A DNA stretch of 63,185 bases from a virus (Duplodnaviria; Caudoviricetes). The position numbers and the translations under genes are program-made. The notes beneath the pieces are model-generated. The model saw nothing but the letters and a program-made list of their open reading frames with translations. It did not search any database and had not been told where the DNA came from. Positions 1-8,955 of the stretch are shown one piece after another; the first letter of the stretch is position 1, and each line of letters opens with the position of its first letter. Where the stretch lies: IMG/VR virus record IMGVR_UViG_3300013126_000002, positions 1 through 63,185 of that record; one strand, given 5' to 3'.

Positions 1-123
1 CTTCTCCGCCTCACTCTTGGTGTCGGCAGCGTTGGTCAGCACGTCAGCAATCGACTGTGCGAAGTTAATGCGGTCTTGCGCGGACTTGAACACAATATCC
101 TGCCCTGCGGACGTTACCAGATC
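1..123. repeat. Terminal direct repeat (circular assembly overlap), copy 1
   Basis: 1-123 is identical to 63063-63185 and a reading frame runs through the join. Confidence 0.95.
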
Positions 124-3100
124 GCGCAGGTGGGTAATGTACTCGCGCACGGCCATATTCCGGTTGGCATTTGCCATCTGGTTATAGTGCGCCATAAGCT
201 GGCTGTTGCCCTTGGCTTCCCGGTACGCATCCTTAAGCTGCTTGAACCACTCTACTTCGTGCGGACGCGGTGTGCCGTTGGCCTTGTGGTTGGCAATATC
301 AGCCACCTTTTCGCGCAGCTTCGTAACGGATTCTTCCCACTTGGCGATGGAGTCCTTCAGCGCATTGATGCGTTCCGCCTTGGCGGTCTTCATCTCCAGC
401 TTGGCTTCCTCGATCTTATCTTCCAGTTCCTGAATCTTGTCGCCCGCATTTTCACGTAGCGCATCCTGAGCCTGCATATCACGCAGTTCTTCCAGCGTGT
501 TGACGCGATCCAGCTTGCCCAGCGGTACGCGCAGCAGGGTAGAGTAGGCCATAAGAGCGCTCAGAATGGGGCGCTGTTTCGGGTGGACTTCCAGATGGCT
601 CATCAGGTTGGCGATGTGCTGGTTGGTACGTTCTACCAGTCGAGTAGCCTCAGCCGTTTGCCGCTGGCTGAACTTAACGTATTCGCCGATTTCTGGCATC
701 AGCCGCTTGTACCAAGACGCCAAGTGGTTCAAAGACCCCCAAGCGATCATCTCCTTTACCGTGCCGCCATTAACGTCACGGGTGGAGGTCAGGGAGTCTA
801 ACCATTTCCGAACTGACCCCCATAGGCTGCTCATGGCGGTAGACAATGCGGGAATCTGCTGCACGGTGCCAGCAGTATTGGCAGTCATGTAGCTAACGCC
901 TGTCCGGCCTTGATCAGCCTTATCGATGCCCTTGGCAAGCACTTGCGGGATACTGACGATCTCGGCCAGCACGGACACACGATCTGCGGTAATGGGGATA
1001 CGGAGGATAGCGGCAATCGTCTCGATCAGCGACCGCCATGCCGACTTCTTGGCAATGGGGGCTTCGATATTAGCCAGCGCATTCTGGAACGCGGCGTTGG
1101 ACATGGCCTCAGCGATAAACTCACGCACGTCCTTACCGGCATAGGCGGCAGGGAATGCTGCTGCCAGTTGGCTCTTGGTAAGGTCTTTGAGCCGTTGCAG
1201 GCGTGCAAGTGCGCTCTGCTGGCTATCTGTCAGCAGATGAGGGTTGCGAATGGCGTAGTCCAGCGCTGCATGGGTAATTTCATGTGCGATGGCGTGCATA
1301 CTGCCAGAACTGCCTTCGCTGATGTAGATCGTATTCTCTGCGCCAACGTACGCCCCCAGCGCTGCCGTATTCTTCGGGAAGCGCTTAAGCATCTCCTCCT
1401 TCGTCAGCATCACCAGCTTAACGTCAGGATTGATCAGGCTTGCTACGCGTGCGATCTCGCGCACGATAGGGTTGGTGCGGGTAGCAACACCGGTCAGCAG
1501 ATCGTAGACGGCCTTCATATCACCTGCGGCAATGGCGTCCTTAAGGTCAGCAATATCCTGCTTATCCGCAAGCGTCTTACGCATGGGCTCATAGCCCTTG
1601 GGCGACTTGTCTACTTCGATCTCATCATCTTCGGCTTCACCTGCCTGATCTTCCATGCTTTGCTCAGCGGCCTTACGAGTCTTTCCGGACGGCAGAGCGC
1701 GGCCTTCCGTCACCATAAAGGCGCGGGCCTTCTCGTTCCATATCCGGACAGACTCGCTATCAGTCAGGTCTACCTCCCCGATGGCGTCTACGATCTTGCG
1801 TACGGGGACTCCCGACTTGGCTACCTGCTTCAGCAGCCTCTCATGCGCTGACAGCAGCGATTGGGTAGGCGGAGTCTTCGGCTTGGTTTCTACCTGCACG
1901 GGAGCGGGCTCGGCCTGCGCGGACGCAGCTTCGGCCTTGGCCTGCTTAGCCTCCTTGGCTACCTGTGCTTTGGTCTTCGGCTTGGTTTCTTTAGCTACTT
2001 GCTCTTTGGTTTTGGCGGGCGCAACATTCCCAGCTTCTTGGGCAGGGGCTTGTTCTTGGGCGTTTCCGCTTGCCACTCCTTCGCCAGTTCCGGCTTGTTG
2101 GCGTACATCCACTTGCGCTGCTGCTGGCTTTTGAACGGCATTCTTCTTCCCCTTTACAGGTTTGGCGGCAGGGGCAGGCTCTGCGGCAGCCTGCGCCCGC
2201 TCTTGAACTACCATTTCGTAATCCCGCATGTCTGTGGCAAAGTCAGTCTTGCCACGACGTAGCGCATCCATAAACTGCGGAGCGTTGAGTTCTACGAACG
2301 CAGCGGGGCCTTCCGGGTGCGCGATAGCTGCTTCCCGGTTAGCTGCATACCACTGCTTAGCCGTTTTGACCTGCTCTGCCTTATTAGCGGCAGGCCGTCC
2401 ACCCAACGGAATAACAGGAGCGGTGCGGACAGGGCGCGACTCAGGGATAATGATCTGCCCCGTCGGCTGTTGTAGCGGCGGAAGTTCCGTCGATCTCTGG
2501 GCCACCTGTACGAAGCCGGGGCCCTGCTCAAACACGGGTACAGTGGCCGGAATAGCTGCTGGAAACTCTACTTGCGGTGCGTTGAAGTCCAACCGCCGTT
2601 GCATCGGAGAAACAGGCTGAGCAGGGGCTTCTACGGCAGTCTCTGCCGCAGGGGCTGCTACTTCCCCGCTGGGGGCAAGCGCAAAATTGGGGCGCTCAGG
2701 GGTAAGGGAATACCCGGCATCCGTCGGGGCCAGCGCCATACCGCTCGGAGGCTGTACTGTAGCGGCAGCCTCTTGGGCCGCTTGCAGTTGCGCTGTCAGA
2801 TACTGATTGTACGCGCTCAGGGCAACCTTCATGGCTTGCGGGCTGGGCGTTTCCGACAGTAAATCGGCCTGCACGTCCTCTGGCAATGTCCGCAGGAAGT
2901 CGCCCATACCTATGGCATCAGGTATCGCGTCTCCCATCTGCTGCTTCATAGCTACATACTCGTAGGACAGGTCGCTACGAGTTTTTTCCAGCTCCGCCAG
3001 CTCAGCCCTATCAATAGCTGCCGCATCTGCTTTTTCCACGGCAGCGGTCTGGTCAGGAGTAAGGGTGCGATCAGGCAACGCCCGAATCGGATTGGGTAGC

Positions 3101-4194
3101 CCCAGCGGCATACCTGCTGCTTCAGGGGCTTCAGGGGCTTCCGGAGCTTCCGGAGGTGCGGGCGGGGTGATCCCCGGAGTACGCGGAGCGGGCGGAGATA
3201 CAAGCCCTGCAAATCCGCCACCCACACCACCAAGCAGGCCACCAGCCAGCGCACCTTCAAGTGCCGCATCAATAGCACCATCCAGCACCTTGGTAGCCGG
3301 ATCAATGTACATAGCCCGCGAGGGATTGGTAAGAATCTGCTCAGCGCCAGACTGTACGAATTCTTGGCCGGACTCACGAATCATGCCCTTGAAGGCTTCG
3401 GTGAGCATCTTGGCTCCCGCCACACGGGGGCCAAACAGTGCAGGCAGTACGCCAGCCCCAGCAACAGCAGAGCCGAACAATGTACCTGCGGCAGATAGCG
3501 TAGACGCCTGCTCTGCGCGGGCTTCGTACAACCTACGAGCTTTTACGGGGTCGCCCTGCGCGTCAGCCAAGGCCTTCTGATACCCCTCGGTATCCTGAAT
3601 CTGCTCAGTGCTAAGCGCCTGAAGCTGGTGGCCTACATCGGCAGGCGTCTGTACAGCGGTGACCGCTGCTTCCCCTACCCCGTAAGTAGCCAGATCGCGC
3701 AGGCGCTCTGCGGTCTTCGCCCCTACACCAGTGGCTGTAGCGATACCTTCGGCTGTAGGGGCTACCTTGGCGAGCGTGTTACCCAGCATACCTGCCGGGA
3801 TCATGGACGGTGCGGACTCGGCAGCGCCGTATGCAGCCTTGCGAAGTAGGTTACCTTCGTCCCATGCCTCACCGACAGTCTGGCCGCGAACCTGCTGCGC
3901 TTTCGGGGACAGGTACTTTTCCGTGGTGTCCGCGCCACGATACATGGCTTCGCGGAAGGAACCACCCAGATCACTCAGAAACTGGTTGCCAGTGACATCC
4001 CCAACCATCTTGGTCGGTGTGCCAAGCCCTGCGCCCATGAGCTTCCATGCGCCCATGAACCCCAGACGAGGATAATCCCCGATGCTAGACTCTAATTCCG
4101 TAGAAACGGGGGCCGTAGCCCCCATAGACATAATTTCTTCGTCGGATTTGCCTGCTGCAATCGCCGCTAGAATCTGCTCATCGGTTAGTGCCAT
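1..4194 (-). CDS. Large internal virion/polyvalent protein, N-terminal part (continues at 63062 to 60408; ~2282 aa total), with a zincin-like metallopeptidase domain
   Basis: ATG at 4194 (MALTDEQILAAIAAG) with AAGGG upstream. Absent from the ORF track because no stop occurs in-window. In frame with 60408..63155. HEITH at 1270-1284 and EFIAEA at 1105-1122. Confidence 0.85.
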   Translation of the reverse strand, partial: MALTDEQILAAIAAGKSDEEIMSMGATAPVSTELESSIGDYPRLGFMGAWKLMGAGLGTPTKMVGDVTGNQFLSDLGGSFREAMYRGADTTEKYLSPKAQQVRGQTVGEAWDEGNLLRKAAYGAAESAPSMIPAGMLGNTLAKVAPTAEGIATATGVGAKTAERLRDLATYGVGEAAVTAVQTPADVGHQLQALSTEQIQDTEGYQKALADAQGDPVKARRLYEARAEQASTLSAAGTLFGSAVAGAGVLPALFGPRVAGAKMLTEAFKGMIRESGQEFVQSGAEQILTNPSRAMYIDPATKVLDGAIDAALEGALAGGLLGGVGGGFAGLVSPPAPRTPGITPPAPPEAPEAPEAPEAAGMPLGLPNPIRALPDRTLTPDQTAAVEKADAAAIDRAELAELEKTRSDLSYEYVAMKQQMGDAIPDAIGMGDFLRTLPEDVQADLLSETPSPQAMKVALSAYNQYLTAQLQAAQEAAATVQPPSGMALAPTDAGYSLTPERPNFALAPSGEVAAPAAETAVEAPAQPVSPMQRRLDFNAPQVEFPAAIPATVPVFEQGPGFVQVAQRSTELPPLQQPTGQIIIPESRPVRTAPVIPLGGRPAANKAEQVKTAKQWYAANREAAIAHPEGPAAFVELNAPQFMDALRRGKTDFATDMRDYEMVVQERAQAAAEPAPAAKPVKGKKNAVQKPAAAQVDVRQQAGTGEGVASGNAQEQAPAQEAGNVAPAKTKEQVAKETKPKTKAQVAKEAKQAKAEAASAQAEPAPVQVETKPKTPPTQSLLSAHERLLKQVAKSGVPVRKIVDAIGEVDLTDSESVRIWNEKARAFMVTEGRALPSGKTRKAAEQSMEDQAGEAEDDEIEVDKSPKGYEPMRKTLADKQDIADLKDAIAAGDMKAVYDLLTGVATRTNPIVREIARVASLINPDVKLVMLTKEEMLKRFPKNTAALGAYVGAENTIYISEGSSGSMHAIAHEITHAALDYAIRNPHLLTDSQQSALARLQRLKDLTKSQLAAAFPAAYAGKDVREFIAEAMSNAAFQNALANIEAPIAKKSAWRSLIETIAAILRIPITADRVSVLAEIVSIPQVLAKGIDKADQGRTGVSYMTANTAGTVQQIPALSTAMSSLWGSVRKWLDSLTSTRDVNGGTVKEMIAWGSLNHLASWYKRLMPEIGEYVKFSQRQTAEATRLVERTNQHIANLMSHLEVHPKQRPILSALMAYSTLLRVPLGKLDRVNTLEELRDMQAQDALRENAGDKIQELEDKIEEAKLEMKTAKAERINALKDSIAKWEESVTKLREKVADIANHKANGTPRPHEVEWFKQLKDAYREAKGNSQLMAHYNQMANANRNMAVREYITHLRDLVTSAGQDIVFKSAQDRINFAQSIADVLTNAADTKSEAEK

Positions 4195-4206
4195 CTGGTG
4201 CCCTTA

Positions 4207-5286
4207 TTATCTGCCGCGCAGTTGCTGGATACGTGCAAGCTCCGCCAGTTGGTCCTTAGTATACACCTGCGGAACCCCGCCTTGGTTTTTGTTGGTCATG
4301 GTAAGCGTGCCAGTCAACTCATCCAAATTGGTCGTAAAAACATCATTTTTCGCGGTTCCGCTCATAGAGGCAAGCATCTCGTTAAGCCGGTCAAAGGGGA
4401 GATTGCCGTTCAACGCTTCCTGAATAAGCAACGTCTTGTACTGCTGTTGCTGCGCCTCCGGAGCCTTTTGCAGAAGCTCGGCCTGTTTTGCCTGTAACGT
4501 AGCATCAGAAGCGATCCGCTGTTTCTGCAAATCGCCCTGCGTCTTGATGCCCTCTTGCTCGATATCGCCTTCGTTAGCCATCTCCTGTATTTCCATGCCG
4601 TACTGTCCCTTCATACGAGCGGCATCTACGTTCCCTTGTGCCTGTGCCTTGTGCTGCTCCAGCATACCGCCGGGGCCTGCCTGCTTCATCAGGTTATTGA
4701 GGGACTGTGCGGACGCTTGCCAGCGCGGAATATCGCCAATACCAGACGGGCCATTCTTGTAGTCCCGCTGCATGGTATCAATCGTGTCCAGCATATCGGA
4801 ACGCAGGCGCATATTCTGCATGTTATCAAGCTGATTCTGGTACACGTTACCGCCGATGCCAGCATCGGGGATTCCAGTAGGGGCGAGACTCGTCAGTTTG
4901 CGGTTGCCTTGGTCATCATAGGTAACATCGTACCCGTTCTCGGAAGCCAGTGCGTCAGACTCGCGGCGGCGTCGCGCGGCCAACTCCATATTGGCCCCCT
5001 TGTCGATTGCCATATCGGAACGCTGCTGCTCCGTATACGGAGTAGTATCGCGTGCCGCCGCAATAACCAGATTACCATTTGCTGCTGACGGTGTGGCGGC
5101 GGAAGCCGCAGGGGGGGTCATACCGGCTGGCTTAGTAGCTTGGATGGGTGCGGCAGGCGGTAAGACCGGCTTGGGCGGCTGGGCATTCTTATGAATGAGC
5201 TTACTAAAATCCGCAGTCTGCCCGGTCGGGGAATACCAACCGCCACGCGGAGTTGGCATAAGCATTTGTTCAAGATATCCGGCCAT
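4207..5286 (-). CDS. Putative internal virion (ejection) protein
   Basis: 359 aa, Gln/Ala-rich and helical, immediately upstream of the giant internal protein. Confidence 0.55.
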   Translation of the reverse strand: MAGYLEQMLMPTPRGGWYSPTGQTADFSKLIHKNAQPPKPVLPPAAPIQATKPAGMTPPAASAATPSAANGNLVIAAARDTTPYTEQQRSDMAIDKGANMELAARRRRESDALASENGYDVTYDDQGNRKLTSLAPTGIPDAGIGGNVYQNQLDNMQNMRLRSDMLDTIDTMQRDYKNGPSGIGDIPRWQASAQSLNNLMKQAGPGGMLEQHKAQAQGNVDAARMKGQYGMEIQEMANEGDIEQEGIKTQGDLQKQRIASDATLQAKQAELLQKAPEAQQQQYKTLLIQEALNGNLPFDRLNEMLASMSGTAKNDVFTTNLDELTGTLTMTNKNQGGVPQVYTKDQLAELARIQQLRGR

Positions 5287-5292
5287 AGTTTC

Positions 5293-6276
5293 TTACCCCT
5301 GTACAGTGGTCACGTTGCCAATGTTGGCAAGCGACTGGTTAGCATTGATGGCGGAGGAGGCGATCTGGGCAACGGCTTCCGCAGCCTTCGTAGCTGCTGC
5401 CACGCGAGACTGTGTGTTGCTGTTCACCAGATTAACGAACGCTTCGTTGTTCCGCATCTGCATTTCGGAATTGAATTTGTCGGCGTCAAGCAGATAGCCG
5501 TACTTGGCTACCAGTGCGCGAACGTAGTCGGATGCGGAGTCCCACATCCAGCGGTTGGCTTCGGCTTTCGCCTTTGCCATATCTGCGGCAGCGGTAGGGA
5601 GCGCCATCCATGCACGAATGTAATCGCCCAGCGCAGCAGCGATGCCAAGGCGCAGCTTGGTCATTTCTTGGATAGCTACCTTGGTCATCTCGACCGAGAT
5701 TTCCGTGTTCTTGATCGCCAGCTCGCGGTTGATGGTCGCCGACTGATCGCTTGCCTTGGCGCGGGCTTGCATCTGACGTGCCAGAAGTGCGCCGGGCGGC
5801 ATGGAGTAGCCCATAGCAGCAAACGCCGACATGGCTTCAGCCTCAAGCTGGATAGCGTCGTTGATCTCACGCCCACGGGCGCGATCCCAGATTTGCGTCT
5901 CGACTGCGGCAGGGATACCAATGTATCCGTCATTCACCACAGCACACAGCCACGCATCTTCGGACGGCTGAATGCACGGGTCAAGCACAGGGAAGTATGT
6001 ATCCATCCAGTCAGTCATCATCCCCCTGATCCAGTCTTCCAGATCGCCCCAAATATCATCAAGGTCGGACTGGTATTGGTACACCAAATCCTTGTTGGGG
6101 TTGAACGGGGGGATGGGAAAGTCAACAGCCCGAACTTCGTCCGGGCCGGTGATGGTGGTGACGTTTACCGCATTAGTTTGCGCCTCTTTAGCGAGCGCCT
6201 GCGCCAGTTCGCTGTTCTCGTTAGCGACTGTCTGGTTGTTGTTGATTACCGCAGTTACTTGGGCTTCAGCACTCAT
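5293..6276 (-). CDS. Putative internal virion/structural protein
   Basis: 327 aa, Ala-rich helical, in the late operon. Confidence 0.55.
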   Translation of the reverse strand: MSAEAQVTAVINNNQTVANENSELAQALAKEAQTNAVNVTTITGPDEVRAVDFPIPPFNPNKDLVYQYQSDLDDIWGDLEDWIRGMMTDWMDTYFPVLDPCIQPSEDAWLCAVVNDGYIGIPAAVETQIWDRARGREINDAIQLEAEAMSAFAAMGYSMPPGALLARQMQARAKASDQSATINRELAIKNTEISVEMTKVAIQEMTKLRLGIAAALGDYIRAWMALPTAAADMAKAKAEANRWMWDSASDYVRALVAKYGYLLDADKFNSEMQMRNNEAFVNLVNSNTQSRVAAATKAAEAVAQIASSAINANQSLANIGNVTTVQG

Positions 6277-6313
6277 GGCGCAGCTCCGCTAAATGTTGCC
6301 TAACAGTATATCA

Positions 6314-8176
6314 CTACACACGGCGCGTCAACATGACTGGGAACCACTCCACAGCCTCGATTTCAAAGTCCGATCCTGCCACGTTAGTAATCTCAAACTG
6401 CCAGTAGCGCGACTTCACGCCACGGCCAAGGTCGATCTTGGCTTCGCGCACGGTGGTGTTGTTCACGTCCAGCAGATACGTACGGCGCTCGTTCTCGTTA
6501 GCGATGGTCGTCAGGTACATCTGGCCGTCCGTGGACAGCCCCAAGTACGCCTTCAACATGCGCTTCATCACGCTATCGCCAAAGTCATCACGACCAGTCA
6601 GCACGGCAGCGTTAATGTCATCGCCGTCATCCGTGCCACCGGTAAGTTCGTAGATGCCGTCTTCCGTAGCGCCAAGCTGTACGCCCTGCACGTCAGTGAA
6701 CGAATTGAACGGGTACTGCACGTACCGCGATACGGCGTGCGTGTTGGCATTCATCACCCAGCCGGTGTACTGCTCGCCACTGATAATGGCCCCGATACCG
6801 ATGATGAACCCGTCGTTGATGGCACTAATCATGAGCTGCGTCATGGATTGTACGCCATCGAATGTAACGGTATCCGTTACGACCCCAAGGGCTTCGCGCA
6901 GGGCGATAACCGATTCACTCATCGTAATGGTCTGCGCCACCAAGTTCTCGTAGCTGGAACCACCAGCCGACAGGTCGGACATGGTTACGGAGTCGGTTAC
7001 GACGATCACCAGCGGTACAGTATCGATCTGGCTTGCAGTGAGCGAGATGCCTTCCGTCATCACCGTGCTATCGATAAGCTGGTAGGTCTGGCTAATGCTC
7101 ACACCATCAGATAGCGAGTTCTGCTTAACCCCGACAGCTTCCCATGCCAGATCAAACCATGCGCCGTAGCCAGCACCTGCGTAATAGTGCGCCGCGATGC
7201 GCTCCGCCGATAGGACTTTGTTGTAGAACGCCATATTGCCGTAATACCCGATGGCCCCAAGCTGGGACGACGTAGCCGGAATGTACGACCCCATGTATAT
7301 CGCATCTGCGGTGGTCATCGTCGGCGTGAAGTACGCGCTGTCGTATGTCTGCGAGTACCCCCGTTGCTGCCCGTCAATGAATATCTTTAACTCTTTAGTC
7401 ACTGTGCTAAACGTGGTGACAATATGATGCGCCTGCCCATCTAGTACATTAACCGCTCTAAGCGGGTATGTAGAATAGTAATTTGGGTCCGTGGCTTCCG
7501 CGTCCTGTACAGGGTCAACGAATGTGGCATCTGAATAGTTGCCTGCCGCCAAGTTCCAATTTGAAGGCCCGCCCGTGACGGCGGTGACTGCTGTTACGTT
7601 TCCGGAAGTACCATCTACCGCCCCCCAAATATTTGTTTGGACTGCCCCGTTAGCTTGTACAAATAAAGCCCAGCTAGACGTGGATAGCGTAGCGTTTCGT
7701 CTTGCCATTAAATACTGCGCTTGCCTGTGGATTGTATTACTGCCGCCATACGTATTGCGAATGTCGTTAGTGGCCTTGAACCAGCACTCGGCTGTAAACG
7801 CAGTAACGTCCCACGCTGCGTTATCAGCAGCGGCTAGATACCCTCCAGACCCTTCCCGTGAGGTGTTCCAGTACCTAGTGGGGGAGAGGCCATTATTGCT
7901 GAAATAGACGCTTTTGTCCCCAGACTGTGTAGCTATAAGGCTGGCTCTGTTAAGCAGAATGCCGACGTTCGCCGCGTTTGTAGCGGATATGGTCAGCTTT
8001 GTGGTGCCTGTGTAGTACCCGGTATCGTACGTGCCATTGACATTTACGGAGCCAGTCCAACCATTGGCGAAAGCGTAGTTTGTCTCGGTGACAGACCCCG
8101 GCGTACCGCCAGTGGTCTGCACCATCTTGTAATAGAACAGCGGCTGGTCCGTCTGGACTTCAGAATCGTAACTCAT
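6314..8176 (-). CDS. Virion tail protein with LamG/concanavalin-like domain
   Basis: FTAECWF, HHIVTTF, LKIFIDG and MAFYNKVLSAERIAAHY resemble LamG; the C-terminus looks like a conserved phage domain. Confidence 0.7.
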   Translation of the reverse strand: MSYDSEVQTDQPLFYYKMVQTTGGTPGSVTETNYAFANGWTGSVNVNGTYDTGYYTGTTKLTISATNAANVGILLNRASLIATQSGDKSVYFSNNGLSPTRYWNTSREGSGGYLAAADNAAWDVTAFTAECWFKATNDIRNTYGGSNTIHRQAQYLMARRNATLSTSSWALFVQANGAVQTNIWGAVDGTSGNVTAVTAVTGGPSNWNLAAGNYSDATFVDPVQDAEATDPNYYSTYPLRAVNVLDGQAHHIVTTFSTVTKELKIFIDGQQRGYSQTYDSAYFTPTMTTADAIYMGSYIPATSSQLGAIGYYGNMAFYNKVLSAERIAAHYYAGAGYGAWFDLAWEAVGVKQNSLSDGVSISQTYQLIDSTVMTEGISLTASQIDTVPLVIVVTDSVTMSDLSAGGSSYENLVAQTITMSESVIALREALGVVTDTVTFDGVQSMTQLMISAINDGFIIGIGAIISGEQYTGWVMNANTHAVSRYVQYPFNSFTDVQGVQLGATEDGIYELTGGTDDGDDINAAVLTGRDDFGDSVMKRMLKAYLGLSTDGQMYLTTIANENERRTYLLDVNNTTVREAKIDLGRGVKSRYWQFEITNVAGSDFEIEAVEWFPVMLTRRV

Positions 8177-8955
8177 GTGAAGGTTACTCCCAGAACGAAG
8201 GAAATAGGTGTGGTAGATGTGCCCGTAGTTTCAGACCCAGCCGTAACTGTACGGCGAATCCAGACGCCGAATTTGCCGGTTGTCGCTACGGAGGCTACGT
8301 ATAGCCCGTCCCCGGAGTTGGTAGGCGTCGTAAACGTAACGCCGCTCGGTGCAGTGTTCTCGTCTGCAATAGTGGTAGCACTACCGCCCGTGCCTGCCGG
8401 GTCAAGCCCGATAGCAATGCTGCTGCCTGTCGGCACTGTGTAAAGCCACAGACGGAAATTGCTCAACGTGCTGGCACTGGCGTTATAGACATAGAAGCAG
8501 CGGTAGTTGGTGTGCCCGTTGATACTGTCGGACGCGGAAATATTATCCAGCAGCCCTCCGGCGTTCTTCGATACGGTGACGGCTGTAGACGCGTCGCTGC
8601 CGGGCAGACTGCCTGCAACAACAGAAATACGCAAGGCTTGGATACCATCCAGAGAGTACAGTGTGTATCGCCCTGTCGTGCCTATGTTCACATCGGGCCC
8701 TGCGGCAGACCCGAAAGCGGCCCAAGTAGCCAGCGTACCCGTGGTCGTGTACTCCAACGTGCCTGCGCCAACGGACGACCGAGGAGCATCAAGCACTGTA
8801 ATTCCTGAAATCGGTGTGGTGACGCTTACGTTGTTGGACTTGATGAACCCGTCAGGGAATGACGCTGTGGACATGGCCCCACCCAAAGATGCAGCAGCGC
8901 TGGTGTTGGCGGCCCCGCCCGACAGTCGATATTCAATGTCTGCTTGTGTTGGCAT
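8173..8955 (-). CDS. Virion structural protein
   Basis: 260 aa, S/T/G-rich; YRLSGG, YRCFYVYN and GVWIRRTV motifs typical of phage tail-associated proteins. Confidence 0.6.
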   Translation of the reverse strand: MPTQADIEYRLSGGAANTSAAASLGGAMSTASFPDGFIKSNNVSVTTPISGITVLDAPRSSVGAGTLEYTTTGTLATWAAFGSAAGPDVNIGTTGRYTLYSLDGIQALRISVVAGSLPGSDASTAVTVSKNAGGLLDNISASDSINGHTNYRCFYVYNASASTLSNFRLWLYTVPTGSSIAIGLDPAGTGGSATTIADENTAPSGVTFTTPTNSGDGLYVASVATTGKFGVWIRRTVTAGSETTGTSTTPISFVLGVTFT

